Origin: Chrysomallon squamiferum | Taxonomy: Eukaryota; Animalia; Mollusca | Reading direction: 5' to 3' | Assembly: GCA_012295275.1 (NCBI GenBank) | Contig: CM022676.1 | Location: 9,672,001-9,736,000, forward strand | Length of the DNA: 64,000 nt | Part shown: piece after piece, positions 40,757 through 55,200 of the stretch | Position numbering within the stretch: the stretch's first letter is position 1 | Layout: each line of letters starts with the position of its first letter | Notes under the pieces: model-generated | Database searches by the model: none | Seen by the model: only the letters and a program-made list of their open reading frames with translations | What the model was told of the DNA's origin: nothing | Position numbers and translations under genes: made by a program

Positions 40757-43700
40757 CATGTATAACAAAAATCTAAAACTCTTTCATCTTGACTAATTTA
40801 AAAGGGCTTTTACCTTCAACTACATATTTATAAATTTTTTTCTTCTTTTTCCCATTCTTTTTTTTTTTTTTTACTTTCAATAATGAGTTAAAAAGACAAA
40901 AATAAACAAACAAACAAAAAAAAACAAACACAACAAAACAAAACAAAGAAAGAATAGTCACATTTTATTCTGATAATGTTCTCACCTGTTTCCTTCAAAT
41001 CTAATCTTTCTAGAAATCAAAGACCTTTCCCCACCCCTTAGGTCCAAAGTTCTCTGAGGGTGTGGGTTTTATGTTTCTACATTAAACAGCCACCTGTGTA
41101 TTGGCCTCATTTAGATTGCAATATTCAGTGGCCTCTTAAGAGAGGTCATCATGGTACACTAGTAGGGTCTGCCTGATTAACAGCAGCCATCTTTGATAGA
41201 CTTGTTCAGGGCTTTTAAAATGTATTTATTGTTTTATGATGTTCACTGGTCATGTCTCTAAGTAATGGAAGAAAATGATGTGTTGTGTTTGTTGGGGGGG
41301 ATATGATAAAACTTTGCAGGAGGATATGTGATTATGCTAGAGTGTGTTTTCATGAAGGTCATAGGAATATTTTAGTGATAGAATCTGTGAAAATATAATT
41401 TTAAGATTTATCTATTGTGCATTGTTTTATTATTATGATCATCATCATCATCATTACCACCATCATCATCACTATTGTCATCATTACCATCACCATCATT
41501 ATTTTTTTATTTATTATTAAAGTATGCTTAAATTTAAAATAAGGAAAAAAGAATAAAAATAGTTTTATAACTTACTATCTTAAAAAAAAAGTTTTATATT
41601 TTACTATCATCATTATTATTACCTATAAATTATTTAATAATTATTGAAGAGATAAATATAAAAGTTAAAATGAATGAATAAATAAATAAATAAATAAATA
41701 AATAAAAATAAAAATAAAAGAACATTGAAACAAGATCATTAATATTCATACATAGTACTTCAGAACCACAAATAATGAAAAAATAAAAGGGTAAAAGACT
41801 CCCATTTGTAACTGATACCTTCGAGCTATCTGTTTAAAACAAGTTTAAACTTAGACACAGGCTGATATCACTGGCAGCAGTTTCAAATATGTTGTCTAGG
41901 TAAAGAGTTATTCAGTGAAAATCTTACGGGGAAAAAATATGCTTACTCTTCAGTTTTATATGGATCCATTTTTAAAGAAAATTAAAGCTTTCTGCCTGTG
42001 TTTGTTGTGAGACATATTTTTTTTTTTTTTTTTTTTTTTTAAATAAATAGTTGAATTAATTTTTTTTTTTTTTTTTTTTAAATGGCTGGTTGAAATATAT
42101 TTAAAAAAAAATAATGAATATTTTATAAATAGGTGTGTGTGTGTGTGTGTGAACAAGAAACTTTCAAAATGGCTGGGGTTTTTTATTCTGATTTTAATTA
42201 TAAATATTGTTTATTTTAAAAAGTGAATATGTTAAAAAGAAGACTAAAAAAAAGACAATACAATAAAATAATTTTTTTTTAAATATGCCATTGATTTAAA
42301 AAATATGTTTAAGAAAAGATTTTCAGACAAAATTGAAATATAGAATTCACTCTGACAGCACCTATATATCTCTGTACTTTTAATTTTAAAATGACTGATG
42401 GAAATGGGAAAAAATAATTAAAGTGAAAAATGGAAATAAAAACTGAATTACAGGCCTTTATGTTCAGTAACAATGTGCTTTTATAAATAAACTGAAGAAT
42501 TTTAAAAGACAAATAAAAAAGTAAATGATTGAAAAGGTAAAAAAAAGGACAGTTTTGATAATAGAAAAATGCTCAATTTTTTTTTCATGACAAATGTTTT
42601 GTTCATTTATACAATTCATTAGTAAAGAAAGAAAGTTTGTCGAAATGATAAATGGTTTATTAAAAATATATCTTCAGACTAAACTGAACTACAATTTTTT
42701 GTGTGGATTTTTTGTTATTATTTTTTTCAAAGACCATATATATATTTATAGAGTTCAGTTGCAAGTGGGTGAAAAACAAAATGATTTTTGCTGAAAATGA
42801 AATATACAGTTCTAAGTATACATATATTTTTTCAAATGATACGTTTTTGTTTTCTTTCAGTTACAAGATATTTATATAAAAAAAAATGAATCCAAAACCA
42901 AACAATAATTTTTTTTTTTTTTATAAAATTTATTTGTATATAGAAAATTTGAAGAGCATTAAATTTTGGTAAAACACACTTGTATGCACCACACACACAC
43001 ACACACACACAGATCATGTTAATTTTTCCATGAGAATTAATTTATTTTCAGTTTATTTTTGTTTTTATTTTACCCCCAGATATTTCAGGTACAAACACAC
43101 ACATAGACATGTTTATTTATATAAAAATTCAAACTTTATTTCTAAGCAAAATATAAATATTGTATGTCATCTATGATTCATAAGTAAACACTCCTATTTT
43201 AAGAGTATTGCAAGTGTTTAATATAACGTTTTATAACACACTGAATCAGTGCACTAGGTAATAAATTATGTGATACTCTACTCTGTGTTAACAGAAGTAA
43301 TAAAAATGTCTGTGCAGATCAGTGCATTAGTAATTAAAATATATTTGTATTTGCTTTATTTTCTTCTTTAATTGCTACAGATAAAATTTTATGTGTTTCA
43401 TGTTTAATTAGACTGAGCTTAGATACATATATACATACATACACATGCATACAAAAACACATACACACATTATATAGAAGCATAGATACATATGCATATA
43501 CAGACACATATAGAGAGGCATGCATACTCATACACACATGCACATAAACATATATATATATATATATACACATAAACAGACAGATACACACATACACAAA
43601 TAAATCAATTTTATCTGGCTGCAGAAATATAGGGTGCACTGGAAATGAAATATTGGCATGGAATAATGACCCCTTAAACCTGTTTTGATATATATATGTG

Positions 43701-43813
43701 TGTGTGTTTGTCTGTGTGTGTGGTAAATGTGGCTGTATTTCTGTCAGATATCTGTTTATGTGTGGTTGTATGTCTGCATCAGTGCATGGAATGTATGCAA
43801 TTTGGTTTCTATG

Positions 43814-43864
<51 letters not shown>

Positions 43865-46800
43865 GTGTGTGTGTTAACTAAGCTTGCATTTCTGTCAGGT
43901 ATCTGTGTATGTTGTGTATCTGTATCAGTGCATGGTATGTATGCAATGTTTTTTCTGTGTCAACTGTGTTTATGTTTTTGTGTTTGCAAATCTAATATAT
44001 CTTCTAGGATGATATCTCTTTATCTGAGAGAGAAAAAAAAAAAATTGTATTAAAATGTAATTGTAAAAAAAACCCCATAATATCCAAAGTTAAATAAAAC
44101 ATTTCTTTCTTCAGTTTTGACGTGTGAATCATTGCACTGTGAAAGATTTATGATAAGATCTAACTATCATATCATCAACAACAATCTGATAGATAATTTA
44201 TCTTTTTTGTTAAGTACATTTTTTCAGATTTCATTTCAATTCTTCACGAATATTAATATTTTTATTTTTTATTTTTTATCTAACAATAAATAAATCATAA
44301 CCACCTATTAAAACGTGTTGAGATAAAATTTTGGAATAAATAGTGCAGCATTTATTATTATATTTAAAAAAAATATATTTATAAGAATGAAATGAGATTA
44401 CAGAAGGAAAGAAAAAAAGAAGAAGAAAACATTGACAACATCCTTGTTGTAGTAGTTGGGTACTTTGTTAAGAAAAAACTTTCATCAGAAAAGGCATTCA
44501 TGTATTCAAACTATGTGCATATAGGCAAAAAGGTATATTTTAATCCATTATTTTAATAATAGGCATAATTATTATTCAGTTATTATTGTTATTTTAGTTA
44601 TTAGTGATGTTGTTATTATTTCTGCTGCTGTTGTTGTTGGTGGTGGTGGTGGTGGTGGTAGAGGTGGTAGTAATAATGATGATATTTGTTGTTGTGTTTT
44701 AAATATAAGATCCAGTTATCACATCATCCAAAAAAAAAAAAAAAAGTTTTTTTTTTTTCCCCTTTCTTTCACAATTTGAACTGGCTTTGGGAATGAAACA
44801 AAACAAAAAATGAGTAGAAAAACAGCTCAATAATGAAGATGTTTGTTGTTTTATTTTATATATATATATATATATATATAGATCCAGTTATCTAACAGTC
44901 CAAAAAAAAACTTTCTTTGACAAGTCGAACAGGCTTTTTCTTCGAATCAAACACAACGAAAAATGAGTTGAACACTGAATGTAGGTTATGACTACTAGGT
45001 GTGTTGTCAATAACCAGCGAAGGATGACTGTCTCCTTTCAGAGCTCTCCTCTTCAGAAAGATAAGGTTATTATTTTTTTTTTTTTTTTTAAATCTTATTT
45101 TTTTCAGCGTCAGGGTAGGATTAAGTGAGATTACAGGGTGGTGGGGGGTACATGTCTCGTTTGTAATGAAATGAAATAAAACAGACAATAGCGGTTGTTA
45201 TATCCTGCTGTGAAAAATATTTTGTTCAAATTTATATTTCTTTGAGGATTTCCAGTATATATATATGTATATATTTATTTTCTTCTTTTTTTTTGTGTGT
45301 TGGTTTAATGCTTAAAATTAGGGTAGATGTTTTTTTGGGTCAGAAAACCAAGAGTTGTGTTTGTGTCTCTTTGTTTGTCTCTGTCTCTGTGTCTCTCTCA
45401 AGTTGTAAATCTAGTTTAGTTTCAGCTTTTTTAAAAGCTAGTTATTTATATATTTATTTATTTTCATTATTTTTATTATATACATAGATATATTGTTTTT
45501 GTTGTTTGTTTATTTGTTTACTTTTGTTTATTTGGGTACAGGAAAAAATTTTGAAATTTTAATCTTAACTGTTTTTTAAAATACTTAATTATTTCCATAA
45601 CTAAGTCTTAGGGTGGTAGATTGATGAAATTAAAGCCTACCATTTCTATAACATCTGCATAATATTCAGACAATCAAATGATCTTTTTGTAATAACTAAA
45701 GTGTGAATTTTATTTCAAAATTCTAAAACTGTAATTGATAAGTAAAACATTGTGTAACATGGTATCTATACATTTAATTTAATTTATCACTCAGTTATTT
45801 TTATTCAGTGACAGTGATGTATAACAAATGTAAAAGTTTTCATGTCACAATTTTTGCTAATTAAATTTGTAATACTGCCTGTTACATGAACAAAATCATT
45901 TTAGAATTTTCCATTTTTATATCATTTATTTTTCTTCATTTTTCTTTTAATTATTTTTCTTTTTTAATTTATTTTTTTTTATTATTTTTTTTTCGTTTAT
46001 TTTTGTTTTTTAATTTATTTATTTTTATTTTTTTATTTTGTTTATTTTCATTTTTAGATTAATTTTTTTTTATTGAACCCGAGCCAAGCAGTTTTTCCCA
46101 CAGTTTCTGCAAAACAGAATTTTGTGTCTGCCCGTTATCTTTCATAAAATGTGAATTTAAAATTTGTTTGACAGTAATGAATGGTAAATGTCAGGTTTAT
46201 GTAATCTGACCAACCTTTTTCTCTTCAGGTAAAAAACCCAGGTACACTTTAGATAAATTTTAAAAACAAGTTTGTTTTTCAAATCTTTTCTGGTATGAGT
46301 GGTTGGCAAATGTGTTTTTCCCTCACATTTAATGTAGTTTTGATTTTTATTGATTACTTTTGTTGTTGTTCTTCTCTTTTTTTTTAGTTATTATTACATA
46401 TATTTTATGTGTGAGTTGTTGGTTTTTTTTGGTTATTTTTTTTAAATTCTTCTAATTATTTAGGTTATTTTTCTGCCACATGCTTTGCCAGTTTCTGTTT
46501 TCTATTCCCATTCTAACTGGGACTGGCTGTACTTTAGTTTTAGTCTTGGGCATGAGATACAGTTGGTCACTGGATGAGTTCTTGTATCCATCCCATTGTT
46601 GTGTTTTCTCATTCCAACCAGTACCTTAGGCTTTACTACTTCTTCTTCTTCATCTTCTTATTCTTTTTCTTCTTCTTCTTCTTCTTCTTCTTCTTCTTCA
46701 CCACCTCTATCAGATCACATCACTTGAACAAATGCTGCTGTATGTTACAAGTTCCTCGTAGGTCCATGTACCTCGTAACCGATTTACCTCGTTCTGTCTC

Positions 46801-47039
46801 TGCTCTGGTTTACATTCTGTGTTATTAACTTGGATAGATGGAAGATACATCAGAAACAGATACATGGGCTGTGTAGTGTAAGTTAATTATTTTTTTTTTT
46901 TCTCACGAATCCACACTTACCTGCAATCTATTTCTTAATCACTTACGCTTCTTCAACTCGAAAAGCCTCAGATTCATTTTGGTATGTAGACAAAACAGAT
47001 TGGAAGTTGAAAAGGAAAAAAAAAAAGAAGAAGAAGAAA

Positions 47040-47965
47040 ATTAAACCCTGGTTATAATTATAAGCGTAATAGTGGTTAACAGGTAAATGGTAATTTTAAA
47101 TTTAAAAAAATGGTAAAGAGATTATTCATCTTCTGGTAGTAATAAGGAAAAAAAAGTCCTGGTTATAATTATAAGTATAACAATTAACAGTAGAAAGTAA
47201 AAATAAAATAAAATAAAGTAAAATAAAATACAGTTTACATATTGCATTAAAAAGGAAAAGGAAAAAGAGCATGATTATAATCATAGACAAAACAGTTTAC
47301 ACATAAGGAGTAATAAGTAAAAAAAAATCAGCAAAAAAATTATTCCTTTCTCATACAAAAATCATGTTTATAATTATAGAGATAATATTTTAAACATAGG
47401 CCGTATTAAATTAAAAAAAACAGCTAAAAATGTATTCATCTACACACCAAAAAAAATACAAGGAAAAAAATGTATGGTAATTACAGACAACAGTTAACAC
47501 GTAGGTAGCAATAAGTAAAAAAAAAATTGGCTAAAAGTTTATTGATCTTGTCAGACAAAAAAAAAAATATGTATCATGTTTATAATTATAGACAAAACAG
47601 TTAACACATAAGCAGTAATAAGCAAAAAATATTCATCTTCTCATACAAAAAATTGAGAAAAAAAAAATCATGTTTATAATAATAGACAAAACAGTTAACA
47701 CCTAAGCAGTCATAAGTAAAAAAAAAAAAAAAAAATCAGCAAAAAATATTCATCGAAAAAATACACATCAAAAAATCAAGAAAAAACCCCTCATGTTTAT
47801 AATAATAGACAAAACAGTTAACACATAAGGATTAATAAGTAAAAAAAAAATCATCAAAAAAATGTATTCATCTTCTCAAACCAAAAAAAAAAAAAAGAAA
47901 AAAAAAAAATCATGTTTATAATTATAGAGATAACAGCTAACACATAGGCAATATTAAGTAAGAAC
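47040..47965. repeat. Degenerate ~100-125 bp A-rich minisatellite, about 9 copies
   Basis: CATGTTTATAAT(T/A)ATAGACAAAACAGTTAACAC and ATTCATC cores recur. Confidence 0.85.
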
Positions 47966-48815
47966 TCAACTAAGAGGGGTTTTTTTTTAACTTCTAAGAC
48001 GAAGTTCACACCACTGAGAGATAATTACAGCAGCTATGTGCTGTAGATACAAGATACAGAGTTCTGATACAAGATAGGCAGTACCGATGTTTTCATCATC
48101 CTCCTTCTTGCTGGCTCATGATCGTCATTCCTGTGGTGAGAGAGTTAGGCTTAATTTAATTTGATTACAGCTTATTGCAAAACAGTCTTGCAAGTCAGGC
48201 CTAATTTAATTTAATTATAGATCTTTTTTCTTTCTTTCTTTCTTTTTTTTTTTTTTTTTTTTTTTTTGTAAAGGAGTATTTGTATTCTTACATATGTTTT
48301 GGGGGTTTTTTCTGTCGATATTTTCTTCTTATTCTTATTTTTTTTTTAAGCTTTCACTGAAATATCTGGAGGACTGCATATTATGGTTGGAATTGTTTAT
48401 CTATATCTATCTATCTATCTATCTCTATATTTATATATATATATTGTTATTTCTTTACTTTTTCATTATTATCTTTTTGTACAGTTTTTATTTATTTATT
48501 TTTTGTTTGTTTTGGTTTTATTCCTTTTGTTAAATGAATAAATCAGTTATATACAAAGTATATTAAGATATTTCTGTGTGTATAGGACATTTAGAAGTTA
48601 TATTCAGTTTTTGTTGCCTATTTCAAGATTATTTTCATGCTTTTGTTTATGTACAGTTGTATACTATTTGAGAAATGTATTCATGTGTACTTGATGTATA
48701 TACAGGTTATGACTTGTGGTTACATCAGACAGAATTTGTATACTACGGGGAGTGTGTTTATTTGTATCTGGCATGTGCAAAATTTAAAGTATTATGAAAT
48801 CTTTACACATGAGGA

Positions 48816-48846
<31 letters not shown>

Positions 48847-50046
48847 GTGTGTATGAAAGTGTATGTGTCCATGTTTATTAAGATAGAATTAGTTTTGTGT
48901 GTGTGTGTGTGTGGCATAATCTGTGTCTGTGTTTAGATTATTAACAAAAATTCTCTGTTACCTGGTGCACAATACATAATTTGTGTTTTGAGTGTCCAAA
49001 ATATCTTTGTGTATACATCTGGAACATTTGAAATTTAAATACATGTAGAATATGTTTTATTATGTGAGCATACAAATATGTGTTGATTATTTTAACAGAC
49101 ACACAGACACTTGTACAAACAAGTAGATTAGACAGACAGACAGACAGCTATGTTGCTGATGATATATGAGAAAGTTCTGTTTCATAAAACAACAAAATGA
49201 ACAGAGGAGATAGATATCTTTTTCTGATTATTATTGTTGTTGTTGTTATATTTTTTTAAATTTTATTTATTTATTTATTTATTTTTTTTTATTTATTTTG
49301 TTTTATTTTATTTATTTATTTATTTATTATTATTAATTTATTTTTTTAAATTTATTTTTATTTATTTTTTTTTAAAAAACAAAATTCCCAGTGTATTTTC
49401 TACTTAATCTGTTACTTTCTAAATACAATTCATGGCAACAAAATTGATTTCACACAAATAACATTATCGCTACTTTGGTGAAAATTAACAGTATTAAATT
49501 TTTTTTTAAATATCATAAATCAAATTACAAGCCACAGTGGGAAAATCTCACTGACAATACAATTAATATTTGTTCAAGTTTCAACCCATCATGAAATGGG
49601 ATGATTACAAAATGGTGCAACTTTCTCCTTATTGAATTAATTTTAAGCGAAAAACAAAAAGTTAAAAAAATATATTTTTAATTAATTTTATAAATTTTTA
49701 ATTTTAGACATATTATGTGTCAGATAGAGATTTAATTTATACATAATAGAGGCACTTTGTTGAATATTAATAAAGTAATTTATTTTTGTTAATAATTTCA
49801 GTAAAAAGTAAGCAGAATTATTAGATCACACAAAAAAAAAAGGACATTCTATAAAAGTCAGATGTATTTTATTCTACACACATACATCTCTGTGGATGGA
49901 TTGATGAATTGATAGTTTATACATTCAGAAATATAAAAGAAAAATTTATTTTGTACAGGTACTTTCTGTCTATACACACAAATATATGGAGGACAGATAC
50001 ACTAAGAAATTTAAAAAAAAAAAAGAAACTTCGTATTTTTTATTGC

Positions 50047-50097
<51 letters not shown>

Positions 50098-52032
50098 GAC
50101 ACACTCACTCTTGTCCCCTCTCTATTCTGACTTGAGTAAATAAACACTGGAGTGTCTTATAGTGAGTACCTCGGAAAAGACTGCAGTGGCTTTTATTATG
50201 TTAACATGAATCTCGTTTTAAACACTTCTAACACACTGCACCATTATTTCTTACTTTGAATCCCAAGTTACATACAAATTCAACTGTTGCGTAACTTGAA
50301 TTTCATTATAATTTCTTTGTATTTCTTATAATAATAACTTTATAAGTTACATGAAAATTAATTTCAGAAGTTTTTATGTGTCGTAATTTTCATTATAATT
50401 ATTTTATTTTGTGAACTAATTCCATCTATAAAATAATTTAACTTACATTTATATCCTCTGCATCTTGAATTTTATTATAATTATTTTATTTCTTTTATGA
50501 AAATAATTTAAATTAAGTTACATCTGATTAAGATTTTGTTGGATTAATCAAATTAGTATTTATGTTTCTTGCTATAATTAACAAGTTCTGTACAAATTCT
50601 GTTGTCAGGACTGTTTTAAGTCATGTTTATATGATTTCTTTGGACTGTACAGTTTGTGATAATAGTGCTTCAGATTACAAAGAAATTCTGTTCTTAAGAC
50701 TGTTATTTATATTTAACTCAGATTTCAATGAATACTCAATTAAATGTTTGTACTGGGTTATGATAAATAACTCAAATAACAAGGATTAATCCTTTTTAGT
50801 GGAGTTTATAGAAATATTAATACAAATATACATCCTTTTTGTGAGCAGCTAAATAGGATTTTACCATAATCTGATAAATTTATTATCAGACCCATTGTCC
50901 AAAACCAGTTTTTTTTAAAACATACTAAACAGATAGTTAAAATGAAATCAAATTATAAAGAGTTGTCCAAGTAATTTATCAGACCATGGTCCAGAATTGA
51001 TTTCTGTTAAACAATTTGTTTTTAAAAATACTCTGAACAGACTGTCAGTAATGTGATCAATATATAAACCATTGTGGATGTAATTTATTAGACCATTGTC
51101 CAAAACTGATTGATTTTGATTTATTTATTTTTATTATCATTATAAGAAAATACAATGAATAGAGTGTCAAAATGTAATCAGTTTGTAAACTGTTGTCTGA
51201 GACCAGTTTCTAAAAAAAAAAACTATCAAATATTCCTCCCCCTTACAAAGATTAAATTGTCCTTGGGTTTCTGCCTCGTTAGATTCAAAACACATTAAAC
51301 TCGAGTTAACTCCCCTGCAGAGTGTATGGTACTTTGCATTGTATAGCAACATTGTGCTCTTCTGTCACGAAAGGTATAAAAAGAAATACAAACCTCTTCT
51401 GTGAGGAAGTTAAGAAAAATAAAACTGAACGATTTCTGATTGTAATATGGGCTCAAAAGTGTTAAGGAGATTTTTGGTCTCTTTGTGGAAATGGCAGCCA
51501 TTATTGATCGCATGCAGTTCATGTGTAATGATTTTGTAATAAAATTCATACTCTCTGTCTTAATTTACATAATTGACCTTCATGGTTAGTTTGCTTTATT
51601 GTGGTTATTTTTTAACTTTTTTATATTTTTTTTATTGTTGTTTGTGGTTTTGTGGGAGTTTTCTCTTGTGATGCTTCATTGAGCTTCATAACTTCACTGG
51701 AGAAGTTTGTTTTTGATAAATAGAATCTGTTTCTATTGTGTTAACTGAAGAAGAAGAAGAAAAAATTAGAATGTTTTTCTCATTTTCATTTTTTTTTTTT
51801 TTTTTTTTATTCTTGTGTTTATATGAATAACAGTTCTTGTAGATTTAAAAATGTTTCTTTTTCATCTTGTTGCTCCTAAATAATGACTTTATGATTTTGT
51901 GCCATTTTTTTAGAATAATGTATGGTCCATATGGTTGTTACTGTTACTGTTGTTGCTTTTGTTATAATTATTATACTACTACTTGATTATTATTGAATTA
52001 ATGTTGTTATTGTTATTATTGAATTAATGTTG

Positions 52033-52063
<31 letters not shown>

Positions 52064-52297
52064 TATTATTATTATTATTATTACTATTATTATTACTATT
52101 ATTATTATTATTATCATTATTATTACCATTATTATTATTTTATCTTTTTTTATTTTTTTATTTTTTTATCCTGAAAAATGATTTCAAATTAAATTTCACA
52201 CTTTTAACTGACGTCATGTTCTAATTTCAGTTCTAATCATAAAATCCAAAGAAGAAGAAAAAAAAAACCCTTTTAACACGACATCATCAACAACGTC

Positions 52298-55200
52298 ATG
52301 GATGGCGCAGAGTCTGTCCGTTCAGGCCGAAGTGAACGTTCAGAGCGATCGCATAGAAGTCACGTTAGCAACCACAACAGGCACCCCCGACAACCAGGGT
52401 CACGCCCGCCAAGTCACAGGGGCAGGAGTGGGGACAGGTATGAGAGGAGGGACAGGGACTGCGACGAGAGGTCGGTAACGATCAAAACACCTGGGCAGGT
52501 GTCAGGGGACGAAGAGGAGGAGAGAATTGAAGTTCAGGTAACCATTGGCAACCAGCGAGACTGATAAAATATCAATTTAGGAACCGTCATGATTGAAAAA
52601 TACATCTTTTGTAGAAATGTTTGAGGAGGTTTTGAAAAAAAATAATTATTAAAAATAAAATTCTCTAATTTAATATTAACAAAAAGAATATATATATATA
52701 TATATATATATTTATATTTTTTGTACATTTTATAAAAAATTTGGTACTTGGAAACTATCCTTTGTTAATTATAAAGTATAACAATAAAATAACAGATTCA
52801 TGCTGTTTAATGGAGGCAGTGTATTTTATTTGAAAATATAGTCTTAAATATAATTCTGAAAAATACCAATACAGCAAAACTTAACTTTTTATTATTTATT
52901 AAATTACTTAAGAATAAAGACATCAAAAATAGAAAATTGGCAGTCATCAACAGTATTAGTAGTACCAAAATTTATTATTAGCAAAGGTTGAAGTCAGTTA
53001 AAAAAACCACAGAAAACAAAAGAAAATAATATTAAAGTATATAAAGAAGATGGCAGTCACCAAAAATATTAGTATTACCAAACTTTATTATTAGCAAAGG
53101 TTAAAATCAATTATTATAACAGGAAAGCAAAAGAAAATAACATTAAAGTATATAACATTGTCAGCATATTTGTTCATAACAGGAATGTTTTAACTTGACA
53201 CCCACAACCACTGCAACTTACCAGAAGGTTTGAATAAACAGAAAGTTTTAAAAGTAATTGAATATACTAACTGTAGAGCGATACACTTAAAATTGTAACA
53301 GACTATAAATAGTTCAAGCGTTAGAGATCCATCTTAACGAATTGTGACTTGATGCACTAATGGACTCTGTAGCTTTAGTTTTACAATTAAGTTTACTTCT
53401 GAAACAAGTGTAAAGTAGGGTTATAACATTTATCAAGCTGGGATGATTTCCTGGAAGTTGAAATTCATCAGGGAGTTGTTGTCTGTTTGACGAGTTGCGA
53501 AACAGAAAGGATCTGGTAATGGAAACCTTCCCTCTGGAGTGCTGTTACTTCTCCACATTCTCTTGTGGGTGTTGGTTTCAGCTGAATTGCTATGTTTGGA
53601 ATTTAAAACTAAATTATTTTTCAGATTCATCACACAGATGGGCAAACACACACGCATGCATGAAAGCATGGACACACGCACACACACACTGTATAATTTA
53701 ATACACTTACACATACAAAACCTTACCCACACTGTACATACACAAAAAATAACCACATACTCACAGAGACAAGACAACATAAATACATATGTATGTACAT
53801 GTGTGTGTGTGTGCATATGTTGTGTTTATATGTATGTGCATGCGTTATGTTTATATATATACAAACACATATAAATGCACAAACACACCAACACACAAGA
53901 ACATACACACATTAACACACACACAGAAACACATTAACACATTAAAGATATTATACACAAAATAAACACACATATATATACAAACACACAACTTGTCCAC
54001 TGAATTCTTCTGGAACATTCAATATAATGCCCATGCCCTCATGCCTTCCTCATCAAAAACACATTGTACAAAACATCAGACTTGTCTTAAAACCATTGTT
54101 AAAAAAAAACAAAAAAAACTCAGGAACAAAAATTATTCGAAAACAGTAACAGCTTAAGTTTATTTTTAACAAAAACAAAAATTGTTTTGTGTATACACAA
54201 CTTTATCTAGTAACAATTTTGTTTCTTTTTATAAAAATTTTATAATTTTTTTGAAAAATTTCAGGTGATTCCTCAGGATGACAACTGGGGTGACAACACC
54301 ACCGCCATCACTGGCAACACCAGCGAGACTGGGTTCTCAATGGAGGACATGCACAAATTCTCTAAAGACTTCGATGACAACAACAACAACACCGGCTTCG
54401 GCTGCGCGCGCTACGTCGGCACAGCCCTGGCAGCGCTGCTCAGCATCTTCGGCTTCCTGTCGCCGATAGCGATGCTCGTTCTGCCCAAAATCGGAATCGT
54501 CGACTGGAACGTGGTGGAGGTCGCCGGGGTCAAGGTCACGAACGATGCCCTCATGGAGTGCAAGCCCGAGTGCGAGGGCCTGCTGATCAGCTTCTCGTTC
54601 AAACTCCTGATTCTTGTCATGGGAACGTTCGCGCTGTTCTTTCGCCGGCCCAAGGCCACCATGCCGCGAGTGTTTATATTCCGTGCGATTGTTCTCTTCC
54701 TGGTGTTTGTTCTGACCTTCGCCTTCTGGCTCTTCTACGGGGTGAGGATATTCAAGGACCGGAAGGCCACGTATTACGGGATCGTTCAGTTCTCCGTGTC
54801 GCTCGTCGACGGCCTCCTCTTCATTCACTACCTTGCGATAGTCCTGCTGGAGATTCGCCAGCTTCAGCCTCAGTTCGTGATGAACGTCGTGCGGTCGCCC
54901 GACGGCGAGAGCCGCTGCTACAACATCGGCGCGTACAGCATCCAGCGAGCCGCCGTCTGGGTTCTGGAACAGTATTACAAGGATTTCCCCGTTTACAACC
55001 CGTATTTGGAAAACGCCACGAAAAGGACGACAAAGTTGACGGGTTTTAAAGTGTACGATGTTGACGGTGGTGCCAACAACGTCACGCAGCAGGGACGTTC
55101 ACGCGCGGTGTTTGCTGCAGCGGCGCGGCGACGTGACGCGAGCCACAATGATAGGTTCTATGAGGAACAGGAGTATGAGAGGAGGGTGAGGAAGAGGAGG

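Noticed and set aside
52231-52297. N-terminally extended Vangl isoform from a near-cognate start, as reported for vertebrate Vangl2
   Set aside because: In-frame TAA at 52274-52276, only 8 codons upstream of the ATG.
54337-55049. Overlapping antisense and alternate-frame ORFs in Vangl exon 2 (also 58807-59118)
   Set aside because: Expected shadow ORFs of GC3-rich coding sequence; no recognisable protein.
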